A stretch of DNA of 64,000 nt from the human T2T-CHM13v2.0 reference genome, Homo sapiens, in assembly GCF_009914755.1 (NCBI RefSeq), contig NC_060943.1; one strand, 5' to 3'. The stretch's first letter is position 1, and each line of letters begins with the position of its first letter. Below the pieces are notes generated by a model. The model worked only from the letters and a program-made list of their open reading frames with translations. It ran no database searches and had not been told where the DNA came from. The position numbers and the translations under genes were made by a program. This document shows, one piece after another, positions 1 through 64,000 of the stretch.

Positions 1-1098
1 GTCTCAGTCTGTTCTCCATGCTGGAACGCAGTGGCGCAATCATGGCTCACTGCAGCCTTGACCTCTCACCTCAGCCTCCCAGTTAGTTGGGACTATAGGC
101 ACTTACCACCACGCCGGCTAATTTTATCAGGTTTTTTTTTTTTTTTTTTTTGGTAGATATGAGGTCTCACTATATTGCCCAGGCTGGTCTTGAACACCTG
201 GGCTCAAACGATCTGCCTGCCTCAGCCTCCCAAAGTGCTAGGATTACAGGCATGAGCCACCACACCTGGCCTTTTTAAAAAATTTTTTGTAGAAAGAGGG
301 TTTCCCTATGTTGCCCAGGCTGGTCTCGGACTCCTGGGCTAAAGCAGTTGTCCTGCTTCAGCCTCCTGAGTAGCTGGGATTACAGGCGTGCACCACAGTA
401 ACTAGACAAATTTTAGACAAATTTTGAAAGCTTACAAGGTTGAGGGTTTTTGCTGCCATGCCTGAAATTTTTGGCACAGGTCTGGATGCTGAGGCAATGG
501 TATATGATGCCTCCAACGGACTCACAAAGCCCTCCTGTAACAAGTTTTATGTCCCACCGGGACCATGGGAGCCTGAAAACCCCACCGATTACAGAACACC
601 AGGTTGAATTTGATGAAACACCACCTACCACGGGTTACTACTGACTCTGGCAGGCCAGCCCGGCAGCCAGGAACAGGTTTAAGGCCCAGACACACCCTGA
701 GTGACTGTAAGGAAGTGGCATCAATCTTTCTGTACCTCAGTTTCCCCATCTTCGAAACTGGGATCCGGCACCCAGCTCATCAGGTGGTGGTGAGGGCCAA
801 GGATGTTTGTCTACATAAGTGCACGAGGCAAGCATGCAGCTGTGCCTGCTGTTATTATCATTGTTGCTGTAATTATGCTTACAACATGAAAGAACTACCT
901 GCCTGCAAGAATGAACAAGAGGCCTTGCACTGTGGGGCTCCAGGGGTTCCTTTCAGGCCCAGGAACCAAGGGGAGAATTGAGATCTCAGAGCTGTTTGGA
1001 GTGGGGTGAGTAGGCCTCCAGGGAGAACTGAGGCATTGGTGTGGCTAGTAATGTGGGCCAGCCCTACAGTCTCATGCCAGCACAGGGCTCAGAGATCA

Positions 1099-13330
<12,232 letters not shown>

Positions 13331-13735
13331 GCTGGAGCCAGGAGTTTGGTAGCGCGTGGGGACTTTGTGTGTGATGGATCCAGGAACCCCTCGGCCAGAG
13401 CCAGCACCCTCCTTGTCACCTTCCTCCACTAAAAATTGAAATGTGCCTCCCTTCCCCCATCCAGAGGTACTTGGGAGGAGTACGCTGTGTGTGCGCAAGG
13501 AAAGAGCTGAGCGTGCTCTTTATACCCCAGAGACAAAGGAAAGAAAGCAGGACAAAGTAAGTGCCTGAGACAAGCCGGGTTCCTACAGAAGCCTCTGCCA
13601 CTTTTTGCATTATTTTCCAGTACTGTTTGATAGTTTTTACAAGGAGATGAAAAAGCCACAAGGATATAAATTTTTGAATAAAACGAAATGAACTAATAAA
13701 ATAAACTTTGAACCACGCCTAATCCCTTTCCCTAC

Positions 13736-13917
13736 CTGAAGTTGAATGAGGTGGAACAGCGCAGGAAATTCTGGCAAGGGCAGGGTCATGAAGAAAGAAA
13801 TCTTCTTGATCCTTGCGACGTCTGAAGACAGTAGGGCACCGTTTTTCCTTCTCTTGAGAGAGGAGCAGATGGTAAAAAGCTGGAGACCCTGTAGCGTCTT
13901 GGTTTCCCCTCCCTGCC
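13736..13917 (-). other. TNPO2: Candidate TNPO2 alternative 5'UTR exon
   Basis: Acceptor tttgttatcggcag| and donor CAG|GTAGGG; lies between the two promoter regions. Confidence 0.45.
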
Positions 13918-14507
13918 CTGCCGATAACAAAGTGGGAGACCTCCTGCCACTTGAAGCCTCAGTTTCCCCACTTGTCAAATGGGTATAAGAGCAGTTCGCG
14001 CGATTAGAGATCATCCAAGTTAAGCATGACCTGGCCAGCTCTGAATTGTTCCTTAAAAACGTGGCTTTACCCTCCAAGGCTCAAGGCTGTTCTTTTACTG
14101 TATTCAGCCCCTCCCTAAGCCGATATTTAATGAATTCACCAGCTCTAATCCCAAAGAACAACCCACCCTGCCCTGAGGAACTTTTTGACCCTCGAGAGAG
14201 GCAGAGGTCAATTTTTGCCCCTGCCTGAAGGAGGGGAACAGCTATCTCAACCCACTTGCCGTAGGCAAAGTCAGTCCCGGCTCCGTTCATTCATGAAAAT
14301 CAAGTCCCGGGCCTCCAAGGTTAGGGAAGTGTCGGCAGGCGCCTAACTCCACTCGGAGAATCGCGGAAGACACCCTAAAGGAGCAGTTGGGATTCCGAGG
14401 TAGCCAGTTCCGCTGGACTGAAACCTGGGCTGAGAAACACGTGCAGAAAGCCGCCACCAAGGCATGCGTAAAGGCCTCCCTCTCCCCCACCCTCCGATAA
14501 GCCCTGG

Positions 14508-14533
14508 AACTACAAATCCCGTCCTGCCATGCG
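14508..14533 (+). promoter_or_regulatory. ZNF143/THAP11 ACTACA-SBS motif at the distal TNPO2 promoter
   Basis: AACTACAAATCCCGTCCTGCCATGCG in a CpG-containing patch. Confidence 0.7.
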
Positions 14534-14921
14534 CCAGGGTCGCCGCGCTTTGGGGTTTTGGCTGAGACTCAAATTGGCAGGAGGGTCTCTAGACCAACCG
14601 AGGTGCATGGGGAGCAGAAGAGTGAGACTGGGGAGCTGGGGCTGGATTTGGGGGTTCCTGGAGCGAGTGTGAACGATAAGAGCTTTCTGGTCAAATTTGG
14701 GGGCTGCCCCAGATAAAGATCAGATGGGGAGCGAGTTTGGGATGCAGGAGACAATTTGTTAAGGTTCACCCCCTTCATATAATATGGCAAATTTTCAGCG
14801 GCCCTCCGCAAGCCTTGGGGCAGAACAAAGTAGCCCCTGCTGCATGTGTGGTCCACATTGTTGGCCCTTGTGTGGTCACGGAATTTTTTCTTCCTCTCCA
14901 GCTGGTGAATTTGAGTGTTGA

Positions 14922-17054
<2,133 letters not shown>

Positions 17055-17740
17055 TCAATTTACAGCAGCCTCCCTTCCCAAGCCTCTCATCACACTGTCC
17101 CCCGAGTTCAAAGGTCAGCACTTCAACTAACTTAACACAGTCCCCAAACGCAAGCCAACTTCTTCACCCTGGAAAGCACTAGCTGTTTTAAACAATGGCA
17201 GGGTTAGATTCTATGAATATTGCCCTTACTTTAGAACTTGACTCTAGAGATGCTTCTTTATTTTACCCCTATTTGATAGATGAAGAACCTGAAGTACAGA
17301 AAAGCTAAGTGACTTACCCAAGATCACACAGTCAACAGGCACTAGAATAGTCAGAAGCCAGGGCTGTGTGACTCACCAAAACCTGGATATGATTCTCCTC
17401 CCTCTTCAGACTTTTCTCAGGTCAGAGCAGGTAAGTACTGTAAAGGGATGTGCCTGGACTTTCAGCCTCTCCTGCCTCTTGACACTAGAATAGAGGCTGA
17501 GATGCTGCAGGGCGACCTACTTCCCAGGCTTCTGTTGCTTTTTAAAGATCCAGTCTCTGCTGGTGGCTTTGGGGGAGGAGGAGGTAGGGATGGCTCCATT
17601 AGCTTCCTGTGTTCCCTCCCCCCATACTCCACCCCCAAGGCCAAAGTCACACCTGGGCTAGCTTAGCATCCCCAAAGTAGGAGGGAGAGACCTTTCAGCC
17701 CACATGCAAAGTAAAGCAGAAAAACCTTATTGTGTGTTAG

Positions 17741-20555
<2,815 letters not shown>

Positions 20556-21151
20556 TCCTGAATTCTCCCCACCATAATCCATTCATCCATCCTCCTCACT
20601 TAGGAGGCCCCCATCAGGCCCAAGCTGTCTCCAACCTGGCTGTTCCCTCTGCCTGGGACTCTGCCTCACCTCCCTCAGGACTCTAATCAAATGTCACCTA
20701 AAAGACATACCCGCCTCCTCCCTAGCTGCAAAAGGGCTTCCCCTTTTTGTTTGTGTCTGTCTCCTTCTGTAAGGGCAGGGAGGGTGTGGTCTGCGTGCTC
20801 CCAGCTGTTGTCCCAGAGCCTTGCAGAGCCCTGGCACATAATAGATGCTCCTAAGTGTCTGCTGAATGCACAATGCAACAGCTTTGGCCAAGCCAAAATG
20901 GAACTGTGAAGAGAAAGTGAGCCTAAGGTGGCACGGTAGAGATGCAGCAGTGAGGGGAGATAGGTCTTGGGGAAAGTCCAGGCCTACAGGAGGGGATGTG
21001 CCCCTGTCCTTCCTAACCCTTCCATATCCCGCTCCTTACTGGGTCAGGCCCAGGCTTTGACAGGTACAATGCCAGCAACAGGGGGAAGGCTTAGGTCCGA
21101 CAGCGCAAAGAAGACAAACCAAGCACACAGCTCCGGCACTAAGTCAAGTTC

Positions 21152-21157
21152 TTTACT
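21152..21157 (-). terminator. TRIR: TRIR variant poly(A) signal AGTAAA
   Basis: AGTAAA about 300 nt after the stop, followed by a GU/U-rich element (tgtgtgcttggtttgtcttcttt). Confidence 0.6.
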
Positions 21158-21452
21158 TCCCAGAAGTGATGGCTAAGGGGAGGGAGGAGGGTGAGAAGAG
21201 GAAGACAGAAAGAGCCAGAGAGAATGAGGAGGTGAGAAGGGGGGGACAGTAAACCACTGTTCTATGAAGTCTCACGAGGCAAGTGCTCAAGGTAAAAAAA
21301 GAGTCCTGGAGAATCGTCCACGGCTGCGGGAAGCATCTCGGTTTCCTTCTGCTTTTAAGTCCTCTCAGGGAAGGCTGTCGCCGCTGCCGCTGCATTAAAT
21401 AGTTATGTACATCGCAGAGAGTCCCAGGCCATGGGCAGGTGGGGGAGGGGCG

Positions 21453-27090
<5,638 letters not shown>

Positions 27091-27399
27091 GAGAATCAGC
27101 TTATTTTATGAGCTGTAGTATTCAGATGAAGTCGGGGTTATTTCTAGTCTGTAGTCTCCCTCTAAAGTTAAGAGTGTCATGGGCTGGGGTCTCCATCAAG
27201 GGCCTGGAACCCAGCTTCTGTTCCTGCTCTAAGACAGAGGTTCAAACATGAAATATGGTATACTGGAGTCTTCTCTTGAAATACAAGGAGACTTTTAGGA
27301 ATTCCTTCTACGAAACGGAGCGCAATTGCAGGAATGGTGTCTGCTAGGCATGGGAGATCAGGGCGTACAGGACAAGACTCTGTGGACTCGCCCACTCTA

Positions 27400-27998
27400 A
27401 GCCACTATCAGCCCGGGGACCTATCGCCAACCGAGTCAATTCGTCTATGATTGGTTTGCGGCAAGAGCCAAGAGGCTCACAGCCTATTGAATAACAGAGG
27501 GGGCGGACCTGAGGTGAGGTTGGGACCTACCGTGAAGAATAGAGGGAAAATGATGGACATAAAGTTGAGCCTATGGAGTCAGGCCAAGGAGGACCGGGAA
27601 TCTAACTTCACCGAAAGGGCATGGACTGGGTGTTTGGCTGGTTGCTAAGGTGAGGTTGGCGCTACCGGAACATAAGAGTGATTGGTGTAAGTAAGAAAAG
27701 ACATAGCCAATGAAAGGAGAGCTGCAAGACCTAGGGCCCAATCAGTGAAAGGGAGTAGCCTAGACCGTACCGATGTGTTCATTAGGTAGGGGGAACCCTT
27801 GGAAAATTATAGACCAGAGGTTGACAAAGTGAACCCTGGAAGCAAAGAATAGTGAAAATATAATTTATATTTCTCCTAAAAGGCAAGTAATGAGGAAATT
27901 AACTCATGCTCCTAGCTTCGCTAGGAATGTGATAGAGAATTTCCCCTGTAGGTTCTTCGTATGGTGCGCTCCGCTGGATCACGTGAGCCAGTTCCAAA

Positions 27999-28010
<12 letters not shown>
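27400..28010 (+). promoter_or_regulatory. GET3: GET3 promoter (multiple CCAAT boxes, E-box, YY1 motif)
   Basis: ATTGG/CCAAT at about 27450, 27681, 27707 and 27738; TCACGTGA at 27979-27986; CAAAATGGCGGC at 27995-28006. Confidence 0.65.
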
Positions 28011-38596
<10,586 letters not shown>

Positions 38597-38794
38597 CACA
38601 GCTGCCAGCCCCAACCGCTGCCATTTCACACTCACCCTCCACCCTCCCCACCCCCTCGGGGCAGAGTTTGCACAAAGTCCCCCCCATAATACAGGGGGAG
38701 CCACTTGGGCAGGAGGCAGGGAGGGGTCCATTCCCCCTGGTGGGGCTGGTGGGGAGCTGTAGTTGCCCCCTACCTCTCCCACCTCTTGCTCTTC

Positions 38795-38800
38795 AATAAA
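38795..38800 (+). terminator. GET3: GET3 poly(A) signal AATAAA
   Basis: Canonical hexamer 200 nt after the stop; GU-rich sequence downstream. Confidence 0.85.
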
Positions 38801-39313
38801 ATGATCTTAAACTGCTGTATTGTTGACATTGGGAGGTGAGGGTAAGCACCTTTATGTACAGTTGCACAGGTTGTGCACTGGACAGAAGTGTCACATCTAG
38901 AGGGGCCCATTCACAACAGAGACCTAATAGAGATGCATGTTTATTGTGGCAACTTTGGAAGGAGGGTGTCTTGGGTGAGAGATACCTTTGTCTCATTCTG
39001 TGTGGGTTAAGGTGTCCCTGTTGGGCCTGTGAAGCCTGGAATGGAAGACAGAGGCATTTTCCCACTTCCTTGGAGGCTCAGAGCGTGGGAACTGGGAGGC
39101 CCCTTGGCCAGCCCCAGGCTGGTGGGGAGCAGAGCAGATTAGGCCGGCAGTGGGCCCGGCACTGCCTGCTGTTTGGTTTGGGAATTAGTGGGCGCCCTGG
39201 GGAGAGGCCAGGCCTGCCAGACTGGGGATTAACAGTCTCCACCCCCCAATTCCTGCCCCCATGGGATGGCATCAGCCCCTCCCAGCAAAGGGCTGCAGCA
39301 AGGGGGCTGGTTA

Positions 39314-40500
<1,187 letters not shown>

Positions 40501-42239
40501 GTTGTCACAATTAGTAAGCATATCAAATAGCCCAGGAAGCCTGCCCCCAGCCCCTGCGGGAATTCAGCAGTCGGAAGTGTGTGGGGATGCGGGTGAGCTG
40601 GGGTAGGGAGGATGAAAAGGAGGAGCGGGCTTCAGTGAATGCAAGGACACTTCCTAGGGAGTGAGGGCTGCTGATCGAGAACTGAGCTCATCAGCACCGA
40701 GCCTGCCACCGCCTTGCCAGGTTCCGCAGCTGACGGCACCGCCCCAGCTGCCCCCTCGCCCCCATTTATGGGCTGTCCGGCAGCTGGACAGCGAAGGCAT
40801 GGGTCACAGGGTGACCAGCCCAGGCGGGTTCCTAATTACTCCGGGCAGGGTGAACATCTGCCAGTCTGGGAACACGGCGTCCCAGCCTGCTGGGCTTGGA
40901 ACCTCGGGCGGGGCTATGTAGAATGCACGAGGGGCTCCTGAGCACTCTAGGATGCCCATCCCAGGGTTTGACCCCTGAACTTCTGCCCCTCCCACACCAA
41001 TCTGTGTGTTAATGTTCTTCAGGCTGGGCAATGGAGGGGGAGTGGGTACTGTTTGTACCAGGCTGGGAGTGTCCCCTTTAGAGGTGTGTCTGTGAAGAAT
41101 GAACATCTGCCCAGAATCCATGCCAAATGCAGGACAAGGTTTTGTGTCCCCAAGCTTGTGTGTTCATGGCAATGCTGAGAGTATCTGAGACCTGTGGGTG
41201 TGGGTGTGGGCCTGCCGCCGGGAGGGAGCGTTGGAAAGGGGGTTGCCTTCACATATTGGTGTACAAATGCTGGTGAATTTCACCAGCGGTGATAGCTAGG
41301 GGACCCTTGAGGGAGGGGTGGCTGTTGTGTGTGTCTTTGCAAGATTGGTGAACCTCAGGCCCCGCTCTGAGCCTGGGATTGTGTGCCACCGCACTGAGGA
41401 AAGGGTTTTTGCATTTGGTGTGTGATCATGGCTGCATCTTTGCACAGGGAAGATCGGGAGTAAAACCTCCTTGCAGTGGAGTATGACTGTGTGTGTGAAG
41501 GCATTCTGAGGTCTGGGTGGGGTCTGGCACTTGGCTGGTTGTGTGGGTGTCTTTGTTACATGGCGTGATCATGACGGAATTCAGACCGTTGGGAGAGCCG
41601 TGTGTATGAAAGAGGAGAGCCTAGTATGTCAGGGTCCACCTGCCTTATATATGCGTGATGGAGGCAGGAGGGGTCGAGGTAGGTGTGTCTTGTGTGACCC
41701 TGGAAGGTTCTGTGACAGTGTGTACTGCTCCTCTGGGTAACCATAGTTATGTGAGGCTGTCTTTTTGTTTTTTCAATAGAGATGGGGATCTCCCTATGTT
41801 GCCCAGGCTGGTCTCGAACTCCTGGCTCAAGTGATCCTCCCACCTAAGCCTCCCAAAGTGCTAAAATTACAAGTGTGAGCCATCGTGCCTGGCTGAGGCT
41901 GTCTTAAGAGCAGCTAGATTTGCTTCTGGGACTATGATGTGTGTTTCTGCGTGCATCTCTGTGACACTGTGTGATTACAGGTGACTGTGAAGTGACCCAG
42001 CCTCACTGAGCAGTGTGTGTGTTTCTGGGACTGGGAAAAAGACCATCCCTGCCTCCTCCCCCAACCTCTGGGTTCCAGATCCCTAGGACCTGCCAGTGAG
42101 CGACTGGGAGGGGAACAGGGAGGGGCGAGGGAGGACAAGGCGGATTTCTCCCCCCGTACCAGGTAACAAACTTGTGGGACTCCAAACAAAATTCTGAAGC
42201 TACAGCCTAGCCGAGGGAGGAGGACCAGGAAAGGGAGGC

Positions 42240-42331
42240 ACGCCCACTCCCCAGCCCCACCCAACGCCAAAGCCACCCGCCCATTCCATCCCTGTCCCTG
42301 TGGGTCCTTGCACCGGCCACCTTCAACACAG
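42240..42331 (+). other. BEST2: Candidate BEST2 non-coding first exon
   Basis: Donor CAG|GTGAGA at 42331/42332 upstream of acceptor ccgcag| (43033); the 5' end cannot be determined from sequence. Confidence 0.4.
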
Positions 42332-43084
42332 GTGAGATGAGCCCAGGCTTGGGGAAATAGGGGGCCCTGAGGGAAGAGGGAACCTGCGGGCAGGAATGCA
42401 TCCGGAGTCCTCCCGGGGCGGGGAGTGGAGGGCTTGGAAGGCTGGAGGGGAACGGAGAGAGGAAAGGTCAAGGCGGATCCGGGAGGAAAAGGGAGTGGGG
42501 GGAGCCAGGGCAATTAAGCAGAAGGTGCACAGGCTGGGGCAGGGGGGCTAGGGGACCTGGAGGCTTAGGGACAGGGCTTCAGAGGGAGTGCAGGGAGCAG
42601 AATGGGTCAAGACTGGGAGCTGGGGAAGTGGAGAAGGGGGAGCCAGAAATAGGGGCTGAGGGAGAGAATTTGGGAGAGGTGGAGCCTTGAGAACCTAGAA
42701 ACTCAGGTGCTGGGGACTTGCGGAATGGGGCATGCTACAGGTGGCCTCTGGGTGAAGGGGATCGGGCAGAGGGTGACTCGGGAGCTGACTGCAGGGACTC
42801 AAGGGTCTTGGTGGTGGGGGACGGCAGTTACCAGAGCCCACGGCCAGGAGTCCAGGGAAGGGGACAGCCTGAGATGAAGGTCAGGGAGGGGCACTGGGGG
42901 CTGGACTAGACTGAGTAAAGCTGGGAGGAGAAGGCAACTCAGGCAAGGGTCAGGACTGAAGGGGTGGCGGGCCGGAACATGGGTGGAATCCCTGTGCTCA
43001 GTTATCCCCGCACCTCTCCACCCACACCCGCAGCCCCCACCCGGGCCACCCACTCTCCCTTGGCCACACCTGCCGGGTGCCACG

Positions 43085-48572
<5,488 letters not shown>

Positions 48573-48925
48573 GATCTTAGAGCCCAGCCCCCTAAGGACA
48601 GGGAACCAGGTCCCTGCACGGCACCCACGCAGGTGTCCCGGTCTGCATAAGCCTCGTGTGCCTTTGTAAAGTCCACCTACACTTTTGACCAGCTCTCGCT
48701 GCCCGCATGTGTTTGGCGCTGTGCTAGGGGCGGGAGTTCTTCCAGACTCTTGGACCAGCCCGCCCTGACCACCAGCTCTACTTCCCAACCCCCACTGCCT
48801 GAGAGGTCTCTATCAGTGTCCTGCCTGAATTCTTTCCTTCAAGTGAAGATGTGACTGACTACCTCCTCGAGTTGTCATGAGGATGAAAGAATGGCATTAA
48901 AGCATTTGGTATACAGTAGGTGCTC

Positions 48926-48931
48926 AATAAA
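48926..48931 (+). terminator. BEST2: BEST2 poly(A) signal AATAAA (MIR-derived)
   Basis: acagtaggtgctcAATAAAt is the MIR 3' end motif. Confidence 0.75.
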
Positions 48932-48962
48932 TTGCTAGTGATTTTTACTCAAACGTTGTTAG

Positions 48963-52530
<3,568 letters not shown>

Positions 52531-52624
52531 TTTTTATTCTTTTTTTTTTTCGATGGGGTCTCACTCTTGTTGCCCAGGCTGCAGCAAGCTATGATTGTTC
52601 CACAGTGGTGGCTCACTCTGGTAA

Positions 52625-53486
<862 letters not shown>

Positions 53487-53510
53487 CACAGCCAGGGCAG
53501 ATTGAACGCC

Positions 53511-53516
53511 TTTATT
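53511..53516 (-). terminator. HOOK2: HOOK2 poly(A) signal AATAAA
   Basis: TTTATT on the + strand, 260 nt past the stop. Confidence 0.8.
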
Positions 53517-53775
53517 TTTCTCAAATATAAAATCAGAGTCTCCTGAGGCAGCACATGAACTCCAGAGAGAGAATCAACAACAAGAATCACATTGCTAAAA
53601 AGAACAGGCCTATATCTACCTCCCGCCCTCCCTCCCCACCAATCTGGGAGAGGGAAGAGCAGAGATCATGGCCTCAAAGCTCTCGAGCACCTGGCTGAAG
53701 CCCAGTGCTGGGCGCCATGTGAGCTGGAGGAAGCCAGGGTGGGTGGAGCCCAGGCTGGCTTGATTGTGAGGTCTG

Positions 53776-63539
<9,764 letters not shown>

Positions 63540-63721
63540 CTAGGGAGGAACAAGGAACTGTGGACAAGTTCAGAGGCCTCCCACTCTGAATCTGTAGGTC
63601 CCATCCTCTCTCCACCTCACTTCTCCTTCCCTGCTCATCTCATCCTATTCTGTCTGCGTGCGCCTTCCTCTAGGGGTGACCTGTCTGGCTGTCTGCCCCT
63701 TTTGTCTGCCTGACCATCTTT

Positions 63722-64000
<279 letters not shown>

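Noticed and set aside
500-650. TGATG...CTGA-containing intronic stretch as a possible C/D snoRNA
   Set aside because: It is on the strand opposite the TNPO2 host and has no convincing terminal stem; the TNPO2-hosted snoRNAs I recall lie further 3', outside this window.

Overview
Human (or very close hominid) genomic DNA, recognisable as chr19p13.13: GC-rich, extremely Alu-dense and gene-dense. Five spliced protein-coding genes can be rebuilt exon by exon with consistent reading phases: the 5' half of TNPO2 (-, 11 coding exons, about 423 codons), complete TRIR/C19orf43 (-, 176 aa), complete GET3/ASNA1 (+, 348 aa), complete BEST2 (+, 509 aa) and the last 20 coding exons of HOOK2 (-, 651 aa to the stop). 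Most ORF-track entries are Alu- or CpG-island-derived noise. I see no prokaryote-style novel system, CRISPR array, tRNA or rRNA. The most notable unexplained structure is an inverted duplication of unique DNA plus an Alu head just past the HOOK2 poly(A) signal. Other points of interest: a U12 intron, a weak GC donor, a 6-nt microexon, a duplicated 5' splice site, two TE-borne CTCF motifs, a candidate E-box enhancer upstream of BEST2, and two apparently non-reference coding alleles. Gene and repeat names come from recall of known sequences, not from database searches. Repeat boundaries are approximate.
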